This document shows positions 8,579 through 17,600 of a DNA stretch of 43,703 nucleotides, piece after piece; within the stretch, counting starts at the first letter, position 1; each line of letters begins with the position of its first letter. Below the pieces are notes generated by a model. The model ran no database searches. It saw only the letters and a list, made by a program, of their open reading frames with translations, and was not told the DNA's origin. Source of the DNA: Candidatus Avispirillum sp. (GTDB lineage Bacteria; Bacillota; Clostridia; Oscillospirales; CAG-272); contig JAZUAR010000017.1 of NCBI GenBank assembly GCA_045638055.1, forward strand, positions 1 through 43,703. Reading direction: 5' to 3'. The position numbers and the translations under genes are program-made.

Positions 8579-8606
8579 CCGCGCTTCACTGACAAAATAT
8601 AATGAC

Positions 8607-8639
8607 AAAAAGGCTTGACCATACGGTCAAGCCTTTTTA
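8607..8639. terminator. Terminator hairpin (copy 2 of the duplicated 35-mer), probably terminating hemW read-through
   Basis: Identical aaaaaggcttgacc-atac-ggtcaagccttttt. T-runs are present on both strands. Confidence 0.7.
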
Positions 8640-8647
8640 TTTGTTTT

Positions 8648-8777
8648 TAGTGATGAGTCAGCTTCGCTGACGTGATGATACCCTTCGGGTAACGATGATT
8701 TCCCTTCGGGAAAGTGATGATATGATTGCCTTTTGCAATCATAACTGTTTTAAAACCTGACGCGTGAGGTTTTAAAA
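8648..8777. repeat. Direct array of GTGATGA-tagged hairpin units, plus an 11-bp-stem hairpin overlapping the hemW stop
   Basis: GTGATGA 8650 + gtcagc-ttc-gctgac. GTGATGA 8672 + taccc-ttcg-gggta. aCGATGA 8692 + tttccc-ttcg-gggaaa. GTGATGA 8714 + tatgattgc-ctttt-gcaatcata. Then ttttaaaacct-gacgcgtg-aggttttaaaa (8748-8777). Confidence 0.75.
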
Positions 8778-9968
8778 CTTCCCCGCGGGGGAAAGGGCGC
8801 CAAGGTCCTCGAAGGAAAGAATATCCGAAAGAATATGATTCGAAATAAACATTCCCGAGGGGGTGAGGGCAATTCTGTCTCCCTTATGGGTCATATAGCC
8901 GTATTTGATATATTTATCCGCTTTCTTTCCGTAAAGCGCGGCGAAATCTACGCCGTAGCGTCTTGCAATCTCGGAAAGGGAAATTCCGTCGTTCAGTCTC
9001 AGTCCAAGCATGATATATTCGCCAAGCTGCGCTCTGCCGCTGATCTCCTCGAGGCCGACAGTCAGATTAACTCGGCTCTGGGGGTCGGCAACGCCCTTGA
9101 TATATGCCTCGATATTGCGGACAAAGGAGAATCTCGTTGAATTGAAATAAGAATATGCGCCGGGGCCGAATCCAAGATATTCCTCGCAGTTCCAATACTT
9201 CAGGTTATGATGGCTCTGCTTGCCGGGGCGGGCAAAATTCGAAATTTCATACTGCTTGTAGCCACGTCTTTCAAGAAGATTGATGGCGTTTACGTACATC
9301 TCAAACTCCGTATCCTCATCGGGGAAGGAAAGCTTCGGCGCGATGCGGGCAAGAGGTGTGCCCTCCTCGATCTTCAAGTCATAAAGGGAAATGTGATCGG
9401 GATGAAGCCTTGTTACGTAGTCGATAGAAGCAAGAAGGGTCTGTGAGGTCTGATTGGGGAGACCGAACATCAAATCAACGCTGATATTCTGGATCTTTGC
9501 CGCTCTCGCATCATTGAAGCATTCCTCGAAATCAGCTCTTGAGTGAGTGCGGGTGAGGCTTTTCAGCTCTGCGGCATCCGCAGACTGAAGACCGATGCTG
9601 ATTCGGTTGACTCCCGCACGGCGAAGGGCGCGGAACGTCTTTATATCTGCAGTTTTCGGGTTTACCTCAACGGTAAACTCCGCATTTTTTGAAAGCTTGA
9701 AGTTCTTTTTGACAGCTCTCACAATTCTGAGAAGCTGCTCTGTGGGCATAGCCGTGGGAGTACCGCCGCCGATATAGACGGAATCGGGAAGATGATCCTT
9801 CGCCGCCTGACGGTACGCCTCCATATGGGCAATAAGGGCATCGGTATAGCGCTCGTATATACCCTCGCTTTTGGGGATGAATGAATAGAAATCGCAGTAA
9901 GCGCACTTGGTGCGACAGAAGGGAATATGGATATAGATACCCAGTTTTTTCTGCAACGTTCCGTACAT
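8772..9968 (-). CDS. hemW: Radical SAM HemN-like protein (heme chaperone HemW / oxygen-independent coproporphyrinogen oxidase-like)
   Basis: IHIPFCRTKCAYCDF (CX3CX2C), IGGGTP, and HemN-like length of 398 aa. Confidence 0.9.
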   Translation of the reverse strand: MYGTLQKKLGIYIHIPFCRTKCAYCDFYSFIPKSEGIYERYTDALIAHMEAYRQAAKDHLPDSVYIGGGTPTAMPTEQLLRIVRAVKKNFKLSKNAEFTVEVNPKTADIKTFRALRRAGVNRISIGLQSADAAELKSLTRTHSRADFEECFNDARAAKIQNISVDLMFGLPNQTSQTLLASIDYVTRLHPDHISLYDLKIEEGTPLARIAPKLSFPDEDTEFEMYVNAINLLERRGYKQYEISNFARPGKQSHHNLKYWNCEEYLGFGPGAYSYFNSTRFSFVRNIEAYIKGVADPQSRVNLTVGLEEISGRAQLGEYIMLGLRLNDGISLSEIARRYGVDFAALYGKKADKYIKYGYMTHKGDRIALTPSGMFISNHILSDILSFEDLGALSPAGKF

Positions 9969-10000
9969 ACGAACACCTGCCTTTCTTTAGACTACCCTTA

Positions 10001-10029
10001 ATAATAACATATTTTCATCATATGTGCAA
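10001..10029 (-). promoter_or_regulatory. Candidate sigma-A promoter of hemW
   Basis: The minus strand reads TTGCAC-17 nt-TATTAT, about 30 nt upstream of the ATG. Confidence 0.4.
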
Positions 10030-10050
10030 GTAGGAAAAAATATTAGGATG

Positions 10051-10076
10051 AAAAATACGCCCAAGGGCGGATTTTT
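10051..10076. terminator. Terminator downstream of the nucleoside hydrolase gene
   Basis: aaaaatacgccc-aa-gggcggattttt. There is a T-run on the minus strand after the stem. Confidence 0.6.
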
Positions 10077-10101
10077 CTTTACCTATTCACTTTTACAATT
10101 T

Positions 10102-11022
10102 TTACTTCGCCAGGGTCTCAAAAAGGTCCTCAAAAAGGCGGTCACGGTTGATTTTTGAGATATACTTTATAAAATGTCTGTTGCCGTCCTGAGCATAATG
10201 GGCGTCATACTCAGGGATGGGAGAGGGTATGAGCATCTCACGCATAAACTGCCATTCGTCATTAAGAAGCCATGCCACAGCGCAAACGTCCCAGATAGGG
10301 CGTGACCAGGGCTTTCCCGCAGCATATTTGTTTGCCTCGTTCACAGTATTCTCAACAAGATAATCGCAAAGAGCATTCTTGCCGGAAAGCCAGTAGGAAA
10401 GCTCGGGGCCCGTTGTTGCAAAGGCCTCTACAACGCCGCCGCAGGGAAGCTGAACCAAGGGAACACCGCATCCGAAAACAACTCGGGCGCCTGCAATATC
10501 CTGATGCATATTAAACTCGCCTGCCGCCATGGGCGCGTGGGTGGCGTGACCGCCAAGCCAGACAATAACGCAGTTTTCAAGCATATCGGGATTCTTGAGA
10601 ATTGCGCTTGCAACGTTTGTTATTGCACCGATGGCAACGATGTAGAGAGGATTCTCGGGAGAATAGTTATTTGCAAGGTCAGCCATGAAATCAGCGGCGG
10701 GAGACTCCACGGGAGTGCTCTCATCGCTCATATAGCGCTCGCTTCCCTTATAAACAATGCTCTTCAGGTCATCCATGCCCATAAAGGAAAGAAGCTTCAA
10801 TATCTCATCATAGCTTTTCTCCATACCGTCGGCAGGGCCGCTTGACTTCTCATTTGTGAAGGGGGCGGCACAAATGCCAACAACGTTCAGTCTTTCGTGC
10901 TTTTTCAGCATATATCCGATGGCAAACTGATCGTCTATTTCATTGTAGGCATCAGTATCAAGGATAACGTCCACACGTCCCTTAGGATTTGAAAGATTTA
11001 TCATACGGCGGTCGTAGGTCAT
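10102..11022 (-). CDS. Nucleoside hydrolase (inosine/uridine-preferring family)
   Basis: N-terminal VILDTDAYNEIDDQFA (the DxDxxxDD Ca-binding signature of IU nucleoside hydrolases). ATG at 11022 is preceded by GAGGTG. An ATG at 11034 is also possible. Confidence 0.85.
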   Translation of the reverse strand: MTYDRRMINLSNPKGRVDVILDTDAYNEIDDQFAIGYMLKKHERLNVVGICAAPFTNEKSSGPADGMEKSYDEILKLLSFMGMDDLKSIVYKGSERYMSDESTPVESPAADFMADLANNYSPENPLYIVAIGAITNVASAILKNPDMLENCVIVWLGGHATHAPMAAGEFNMHQDIAGARVVFGCGVPLVQLPCGGVVEAFATTGPELSYWLSGKNALCDYLVENTVNEANKYAAGKPWSRPIWDVCAVAWLLNDEWQFMREMLIPSPIPEYDAHYAQDGNRHFIKYISKINRDRLFEDLFETLAK

Positions 11023-11100
11023 AGCGCACCTCATTTAACGTATCATATATATTACTTATACCATATTATGTACATTGAGTCAACTGCAGCTTAATATCTT

Positions 11101-11577
11101 TTAAACTGCGCAGTACAGATAAGAGACAAACAAGGAGCACACTAAAAAAGGGATCATTGATGCCACTGCGATCACATACTGCTTTACAAAATTGCTTTCT
11201 CTCTTTCCTCGCAGGATTATCACAACTACCCTCACAATCTCAAAATAAAGAAAGCTGATAAGAGTGCCCATTACGGAAAATGACATCAGCGCCGTTATCA
11301 GATACATTCCCGCAATAACTGCGATTTCAAGAATCAAGGGGTAAACGGGGATTCTCACCTTACAGGACCTGCATCTGCCCTTACAGGCAATATAGGACAC
11401 AACAGGCAGCTGCAACAGCGGCGGTATCCTTGCACCGCAGCTGTCGCAAGCACATCCCGAAGCCAAAACAGGCAAGGTATTGCCCTTTGTCAGTCGCAGG
11501 ATATTCGTTGTTGCCAGCCCGCCGATATGAAAATAAATTATAAAAAGACCGATTGCTATAATAATGTGATCAGTCAT
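11101..11577 (-). CDS. Membrane protein consisting only of a prepilin-peptidase N-terminal (4-Cys) domain; no aspartyl-protease domain
   Basis: GCACDSCGARIPPLLQLPVVSYIACKGRCRSCKVRIPVYPLILE matches the CxxC...NIP..S....G.C..C...I...YP pattern of the peptidase A24 N-terminal domain. The following 80 residues are hydrophobic and contain no Asp at all. RBS is AAGAGGTGA. Confidence 0.75.
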   Translation of the reverse strand: MTDHIIIAIGLFIIYFHIGGLATTNILRLTKGNTLPVLASGCACDSCGARIPPLLQLPVVSYIACKGRCRSCKVRIPVYPLILEIAVIAGMYLITALMSFSVMGTLISFLYFEIVRVVVIILRGKRESNFVKQYVIAVASMIPFLVCSLFVSYLYCAV

Positions 11578-11600
11578 TACAAAATCACCTCTTTGATTTT

Positions 11601-11630
11601 AAATGGGCGGGAGTTTTCTCCCGCCCATTT
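11601..11630 (-). terminator. 13-bp-stem hairpin after the giant gene (weak or partial terminator)
   Basis: aaatgggcgggag-tttt-ctcccgcccattt. Only a poor U-tract follows on the minus strand, so read-through into 11577 is likely. Confidence 0.45.
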
Positions 11631-11637
11631 TCAGTGA

Positions 11638-14600
11638 TTATTTTTCACCGTTCTTTTTTCTCTTGTAAACTACAAGGAATACAATAAGACCTGCAAGAAC
11701 GACTACGCCTGCAATAGAGCCGTAGAAGAGAGGCTTATTTGTGTAGTAACGAACGAAGAAATCGGTTGTTACGTAGAAGTCCTCTACCTGCTCAGCATTT
11801 GCGGGAATATTTGCTTCGGAAATCTTTTCACCGTTTCCTGCCGCGTCAACCGCATATACTACAAGCTTATGGGAAGCGGTTGATTCACCGGAGATATCGA
11901 AGCTGAAGTTACCACCGTTCTTGATGATCTTCTCAAGCTCCTCGCCCTCCCATGTCTTGTATGTATTACCGTCAAGCTCAGCGATAACCTTTGTGAGCTT
12001 AAGGTTATCCTTAACGTTCATGGTAACTGTCATGTTATCCAAAGCGTAAGTTGTATTGCTTTCGAGGTTTTCGATGTTGATAATGGGAAGAGTGCTGTCA
12101 ACACCGAAGTTGATTGCTGTATCCTTTGTATCCTGGTCGTTCTTTGCCTCGTTGCCTGCCTTATCGTCAGACTCAACTGTGAGGCTGTATACACCGTCAG
12201 CATCGAAGTTTGCTGCAAATACGGTATATGTATACTGATACCACTGGCCGTTGCCGCCCTCAATATCGATCTTATAGTCTGCGCCTTCCTCAAGAACCTT
12301 GGTTTCGCCGTCCTTGAAAAGAATTACCTTGATATTGGAAAGCTCATCGGCATTGGTCTCTGTGATAACTACATCGATAGGCTCCTTAACGTAAGTGCCG
12401 TTCAGTGCCTCTGCTGCCTCGCTGAGTGCGTATGTGGAGCCGAAACGGTTAACAGAGAATACGATAGTCTTTTCTGTTGTGTTGCCGGCCTTATCTGTAA
12501 GGGATGCTGTCAATGTATAGATATCGTCAATTTCCTTTTCCTTCGCAAAGTTGTTGAATGTGAAGGTGCGGCCGTTATGAATGTCCGCATAGGAGCCGTC
12601 AAGCTCAACAGCCTTACGGTTTGCGCCTGTGAGGGTGATAGTTACCTCGCCTGCGTCATAGTTTGTATCGGAGTAGGAGATAACGGGAATAACGTCGCCG
12701 TTATTGGCAGACTTATCAGCAATGCCTGTGATATCGAGAGTGGGCATTGTAGTATCTACAAAGAATGTCTCCTCTGTGTAATCAGCAGACTCGTTACCTG
12801 CCTTATCAACTACAGCGATATCAAAGGTATACTTTGCATCCTTGCCGTAGTAGATCGTTGCTGTATGAGTATCACCGTTGGATGTCCATGCGCTGACGGT
12901 AGGCATTGCAGCTGTAGCACCATCATCTGTTGCTGTATGAGTAACAGTTACTCTCTCAGCATTGAAGTTATGCTCTGTGATAACAACAGTTGCAGTACGA
13001 ACTGCCTTGTAGTAGTTGCCGTTCAATGCGCTGTTATTATCGTATCTTACTGCAATAACAGGATCGATATGGTCGATAGTAAATGCGTTGGAAGCAACTG
13101 TGCCGTTTGCGAATGTTTCGCCTGCACAAGCATTTTCCGCAAGGTCGGTGTAATTGATATCAAACTCATAATCACCGTCTGCAGTATACTTGATCGTTGC
13201 TGTCCATGTTGTATCGTCACAGTTTCCTGTTCCTGCCTTCTTTGTGAAGGCGGAAATTACGGGGATCACACCGTCTGTATTTGTGATTGTTACCACAACG
13301 TCCTCAGCCTTGAAGTTACGCTCTGTAATAACAACTGTAGCAGTTCTGTCATCCTTGAAGAATGTATCGCTGTCTGCAGCGTTATTGTCGTAGGAAACAA
13401 GGATCTCGGGAGCAGTGATATCGATCTTGATATCGCCTGCAGCTGTTGTTGTCTTTCTCTCGTTGCCTGCGTTATCGATCGCTGTGATCTCTACGATAAC
13501 GTTGTTGCTGTTAAACTTCTCAGAATCGATAGTGATATTACCGCTCCAGGAGCTTACGAGCTTATCTGCATCAAATACTGCGCCTGCAGTCTTTGTTGCA
13601 AGGTCGAGAAGGATTCCTTCCTCAACTGCATCTGTATCTGTTGTGTAGATCTTATATGTGATCTTATTAATACCGGAGTAGTGACCGTTATCAGAAGCCG
13701 CGGCACCTGTATACTTGGGGTCAACAACCTTAAGGTCTACGTTAACGTCGCCCTTGTACATTCCGTTGGCGTTTGAGGGGCCGGGAATGATATCAATTTC
13801 GGGGGCGTGTGTTTCACCTACAGGCTTCTGGTCGTCTACTACAATGCCTGTAGATCTGATTATAGAGACATTGCCGGCTCTGTCCTCAGCTCTGAAGTAA
13901 ATTACAAACTTTTCGCTGGGATTAACAACGATACCTGTTTCATCGTTGTAATCTGTCCATTCGCCGTTTTCGTCATAATCACTGATATCTGCAACCTTCT
14001 GATACTTGAGTGTCTCAAGACCGCTGATGTCGCAGTTTGCGGAGAGCTTAACTGTAACTGCAGCACCGTAGAACTTATTGAATGCATGGTCTGTCATTAC
14101 ACCGTTAACAGAAACGTCTGCAATCTTGATGTTCATTGCTGTAGGAGCTGTCTTATCGATAGTAAACTCAACAGGCTCAAAATCCTCTGCTGCATTACCT
14201 GCAAGGTCCTTATAATCAATATCAAATGTGTAATGTGCCTCTGTGCTGAAGGGGATAACGATTGTGTGGATATCACCGTTGTCGTCCCAGTTCTCGTTAT
14301 TTGTCATGTAGCCAACGTAATCGAACACCTGAGCCTGAGCGCTTTCGGCAATTACGTTTACTACGATATCCTTAGCATCAAAGTTATGCTCATCAACAGT
14401 AATTGTTGCCTCTCTGTCAGCTCTGTACTGATTCTCGTTTTCATGATCGGGCTCAGTGAACTCAACCTTCATTTCGGGAGCGATCTTATCGATGGTGAAC
14501 TTATCCATCTCATAAGAATCATAAACATTGAGGGACTTATCTGTATACTTGATATTAAATGTGTAGTCTGCATTTTCATTGAATTCAACGGTTGCCTTGT

Positions 14601-17600
14601 AGTAGTCGCCGTCTCTTTCAAAGGCAGGCATAATATCTGTGTAGGTGTACTTAGACTCATCATTAAGCTGCTTACCTACTGTGATGATAAGATAATTGTG
14701 ATCCTGAGCTACGGGAGTACCTTCTTCATCATTCTTCATAACGGGAGTATAAAGATTATCCTTGAAGAAGTTGTCTGCGCTGATTTTGATTGTTGCTGTT
14801 CTGTCAGCATCATAATACTCGCCGTTCTTTACTTCGTTGTTATCGTATGTAACGATGATCTCGGAGATCACGTTATCAACTACGATACACTTTTCGTCTG
14901 TAAAGGTATCGCTTGTATTGTTGCTCTTATCAGTTGCTGTGAAGGAAACGTAGCCACGGAACTGCTCGGGAATCTTGAATGTTGCAGATGCCTTCTTTGC
15001 GCCATCCTCAAATGTGATTTCGCTGTTGGGAATTACAACATCGGATTTGCCTGCATCGTCCTTATGGCCATCCTCACTTACAGTGTAGGAGTATGTGAAG
15101 TAGTCGATACCTGCAGTTTCATCATATGCTGTGATGGTTACTTCCATCTCAGAGTTGTAGAAGCCGAAGGTAATAGCCTCGAGAATCGTATCGAGGAGAG
15201 ATGCGCTGTAGGAGATCTCAGCACCCTCTTCGAAGAAGGGAGCAACGTTATCAAGGCAGAATACGCTTTCCTCAGTTTCAGCTGCGTTATCTGCAAGGTC
15301 ATTATAGTTAAGCTTGATAGCGTAGTTCGCATCAGCCTCTTCCTTAGCGAGAGGGTAGGAAGCCTTATGAACGTCGCCCTCGGATGTCCAGTTGGAGGGA
15401 GTCTTGAAATATTCAACGATTGCCTCGATATCATCAACCTCAACATCTGCATTTGCAGCATTCTTGCCGAAGAATTCGGAGAAATCAAGCTCTTCTGCAT
15501 TGAAGTTATGCTCTGTTACTGTGATGATAAGCTGGCGGGAGCCCTTGAAATAACCCTTGTTTGCCTCAGACTCAACAGCATCTGTATCATCATAGCTGAT
15601 TTCAACAGAGGGATCTGTGTTATCGATAGTGAATGCTGTGGGAGCAACGGACTCACCGTAGTCTACAGAAGCATTCTCATTAAGGGAGTAGTCGAAGAAT
15701 ACTACATCAAATGTGTAATCGGCATCATCCTCAAATGTGTATGTTGCCTCATAAGCATCGCCAACCTTAGTGAATTCAAGATTAACGACAGTTTTTGTAT
15801 AATCATCCTCGTTGCCAACACGCTTGCCTACTGTAATAGTAAGATACTGTACCTCTGTGCCGGGGATGAGATTATAAAGATCATCCTTGAAGAAGTTTTC
15901 TTCATCGATTGTGATAGTTGCAGTTCTGCTGCCCTGGAAGTAAGAGTCATGGAATGCAGTGTTGTTATCAAAGGAAACAGAGATAACAGGCTTAAAATCA
16001 TCAACAACAAGTGTCTTATCGCCAACGATAGTTGTCTTGAAGCCTGCTGCATCAACTGCAGTCATTGTGATCTTGCTTCTTGAAAGATTTGCGGGGATCT
16101 CGAAGCTTACCTCTGCTATTTCGTTGTTCTCGCCGCTGAATGTAAGCTTATCCTTTGTAACAGTTACGATTTCGCCTTCACCGATGCGGTACTCAAGATG
16201 ATCGATCTTGGATACAAGGTCGGTAGCTGTAAGTGTTACTGTAGCAGATGACTTATAGAAGCCAAAGCTGATATTCTCAAGAATAATATCAATAACGGAT
16301 GAGGAGTATGTAATCGCAAGGTCTGTGGGGTATGTCTTATCGATGTAAATATCCTCAACAGCAATTGCCTCACTGATGTATCCTGTAGCCTCTTCAATCA
16401 GATATACATCTCCGACTGTGTTCTTGCCTTCGGGAGCAACTGTGATGATATCCTTCCACTCTGCATCAAACTGAGCGGAGCCGGAAATCTTGTAGCCCTC
16501 TGCGGGTGTAATTGAAACTGTGTTTGTATACCAGCCGCTTGCAGGACGCTCGTCAACTGCAACCATGCTGCTGAAATCGTTTGTAAGAACCTTAACTACA
16601 GCCTCTGCTGTGATGTTCTCATAGTTTTCGCCGCCGTCAAGAGTAGCAACAACTGTCATCTCACCCTTCTTGCCGGATGCGAATGCGATCTTGCCCTCAT
16701 TTTCCTCGGATACGATCACACCAAGGTCCCCGTCAGCGATCTCATAGGTAACAGCACCCTCAGACTGGCCGCCCTTAGCAACAACTGTGAGCTCCTTTGT
16801 ACCGTACTGAACAGTGTACTCAGCCTGCTCGAATGCGAAATCGCTCTGAGCAGCCTTGATCGTCTTGATTGTGTAAACAGCTACAGCATCCTTATAGTTG
16901 CTGTCGCCTGTGCGTGTAGCCTTAACAGTAACCTCACCGCCTGCCTTGAGAACAGTGATCATACCGTTTTCATCAACGGATACGTATTCCGCACCCTCAA
17001 CTACCTCATATGTGATCTCGCCATCAGTCTGACCGCCGTCAGCCTTGTTTTCAAGTGTGCCCTTATAAGCGAGGTCCTCGGGCTCCTTGATCTCAAACTC
17101 GAATCCTTCCTGCTCTGCCTTTGCAACATATACGTTGAAGGGAATAACAGCAGAGGGAGCCTTATCAACCGCTACATCCTTATCGTTGTAGTTGTTCTTG
17201 ATAGCCTTAACCTCAACAGTGTAGGAGCCTGCCTCGGTTACTGTGGGAACAGTATCTGTCCACTCGCCGTCATCAAGCTTGAACTGAAGAGTATAGTCGC
17301 CCTTATCTGTAATGATAACCGCATCCTGCGCAGAGCCGTTGTATACGCCCTCAAGACCCTCAACCTTAAGGTCGCCGAGATCAAGGTCGCCAAGCTCGAT
17401 TTCAGATGTAACAGTATGCTCGAACACCTTGTAGTTGGAGCCTCTGTCAACTGTTACGGTTACCTCATAGCTACCTGCATTAACAGCTGTTGCAGATTCG
17501 CTTTCCTCGCCGTTGACCTTGTATGTAACAATGTCACCCTCCTGAACACCCTCGAGTGTTACGAGAGGAAGCTCTGTGCCGTCATACACATTTGCGGTTT

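Noticed and set aside
8042-8743. Possible CRISPR array (regularly spaced short repeats)
   Set aside because: The repeated word is only 6-7 nt and the 'spacers' are 11-17-nt self-complementary hairpins. Half of array 1 is in inverted orientation. There are no cas genes in the window.
8648-8743. GUGAUGA as a box C / k-turn half-site (RUGAUGA), which would imply L7Ae-type protein binding
   Set aside because: Only the first unit has a matching CUGA (box D-like) on the other side of the hairpin. The remaining units lack the partner strand needed for tandem sheared G-A pairs. I keep this as a remote possibility only.
12577-16083. Two very long + strand ORFs (399 aa and 758 aa) antisense to the giant surface-protein gene
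   Set aside because: The products are Cys/Ile/Val-rich and low-complexity with no motifs, RBS or promoter. They lie entirely inside a minus-strand ORF that has a clear signal peptide, domain repeats and a TM anchor. The open antisense frame is a by-product of the strong codon bias of the sense gene.
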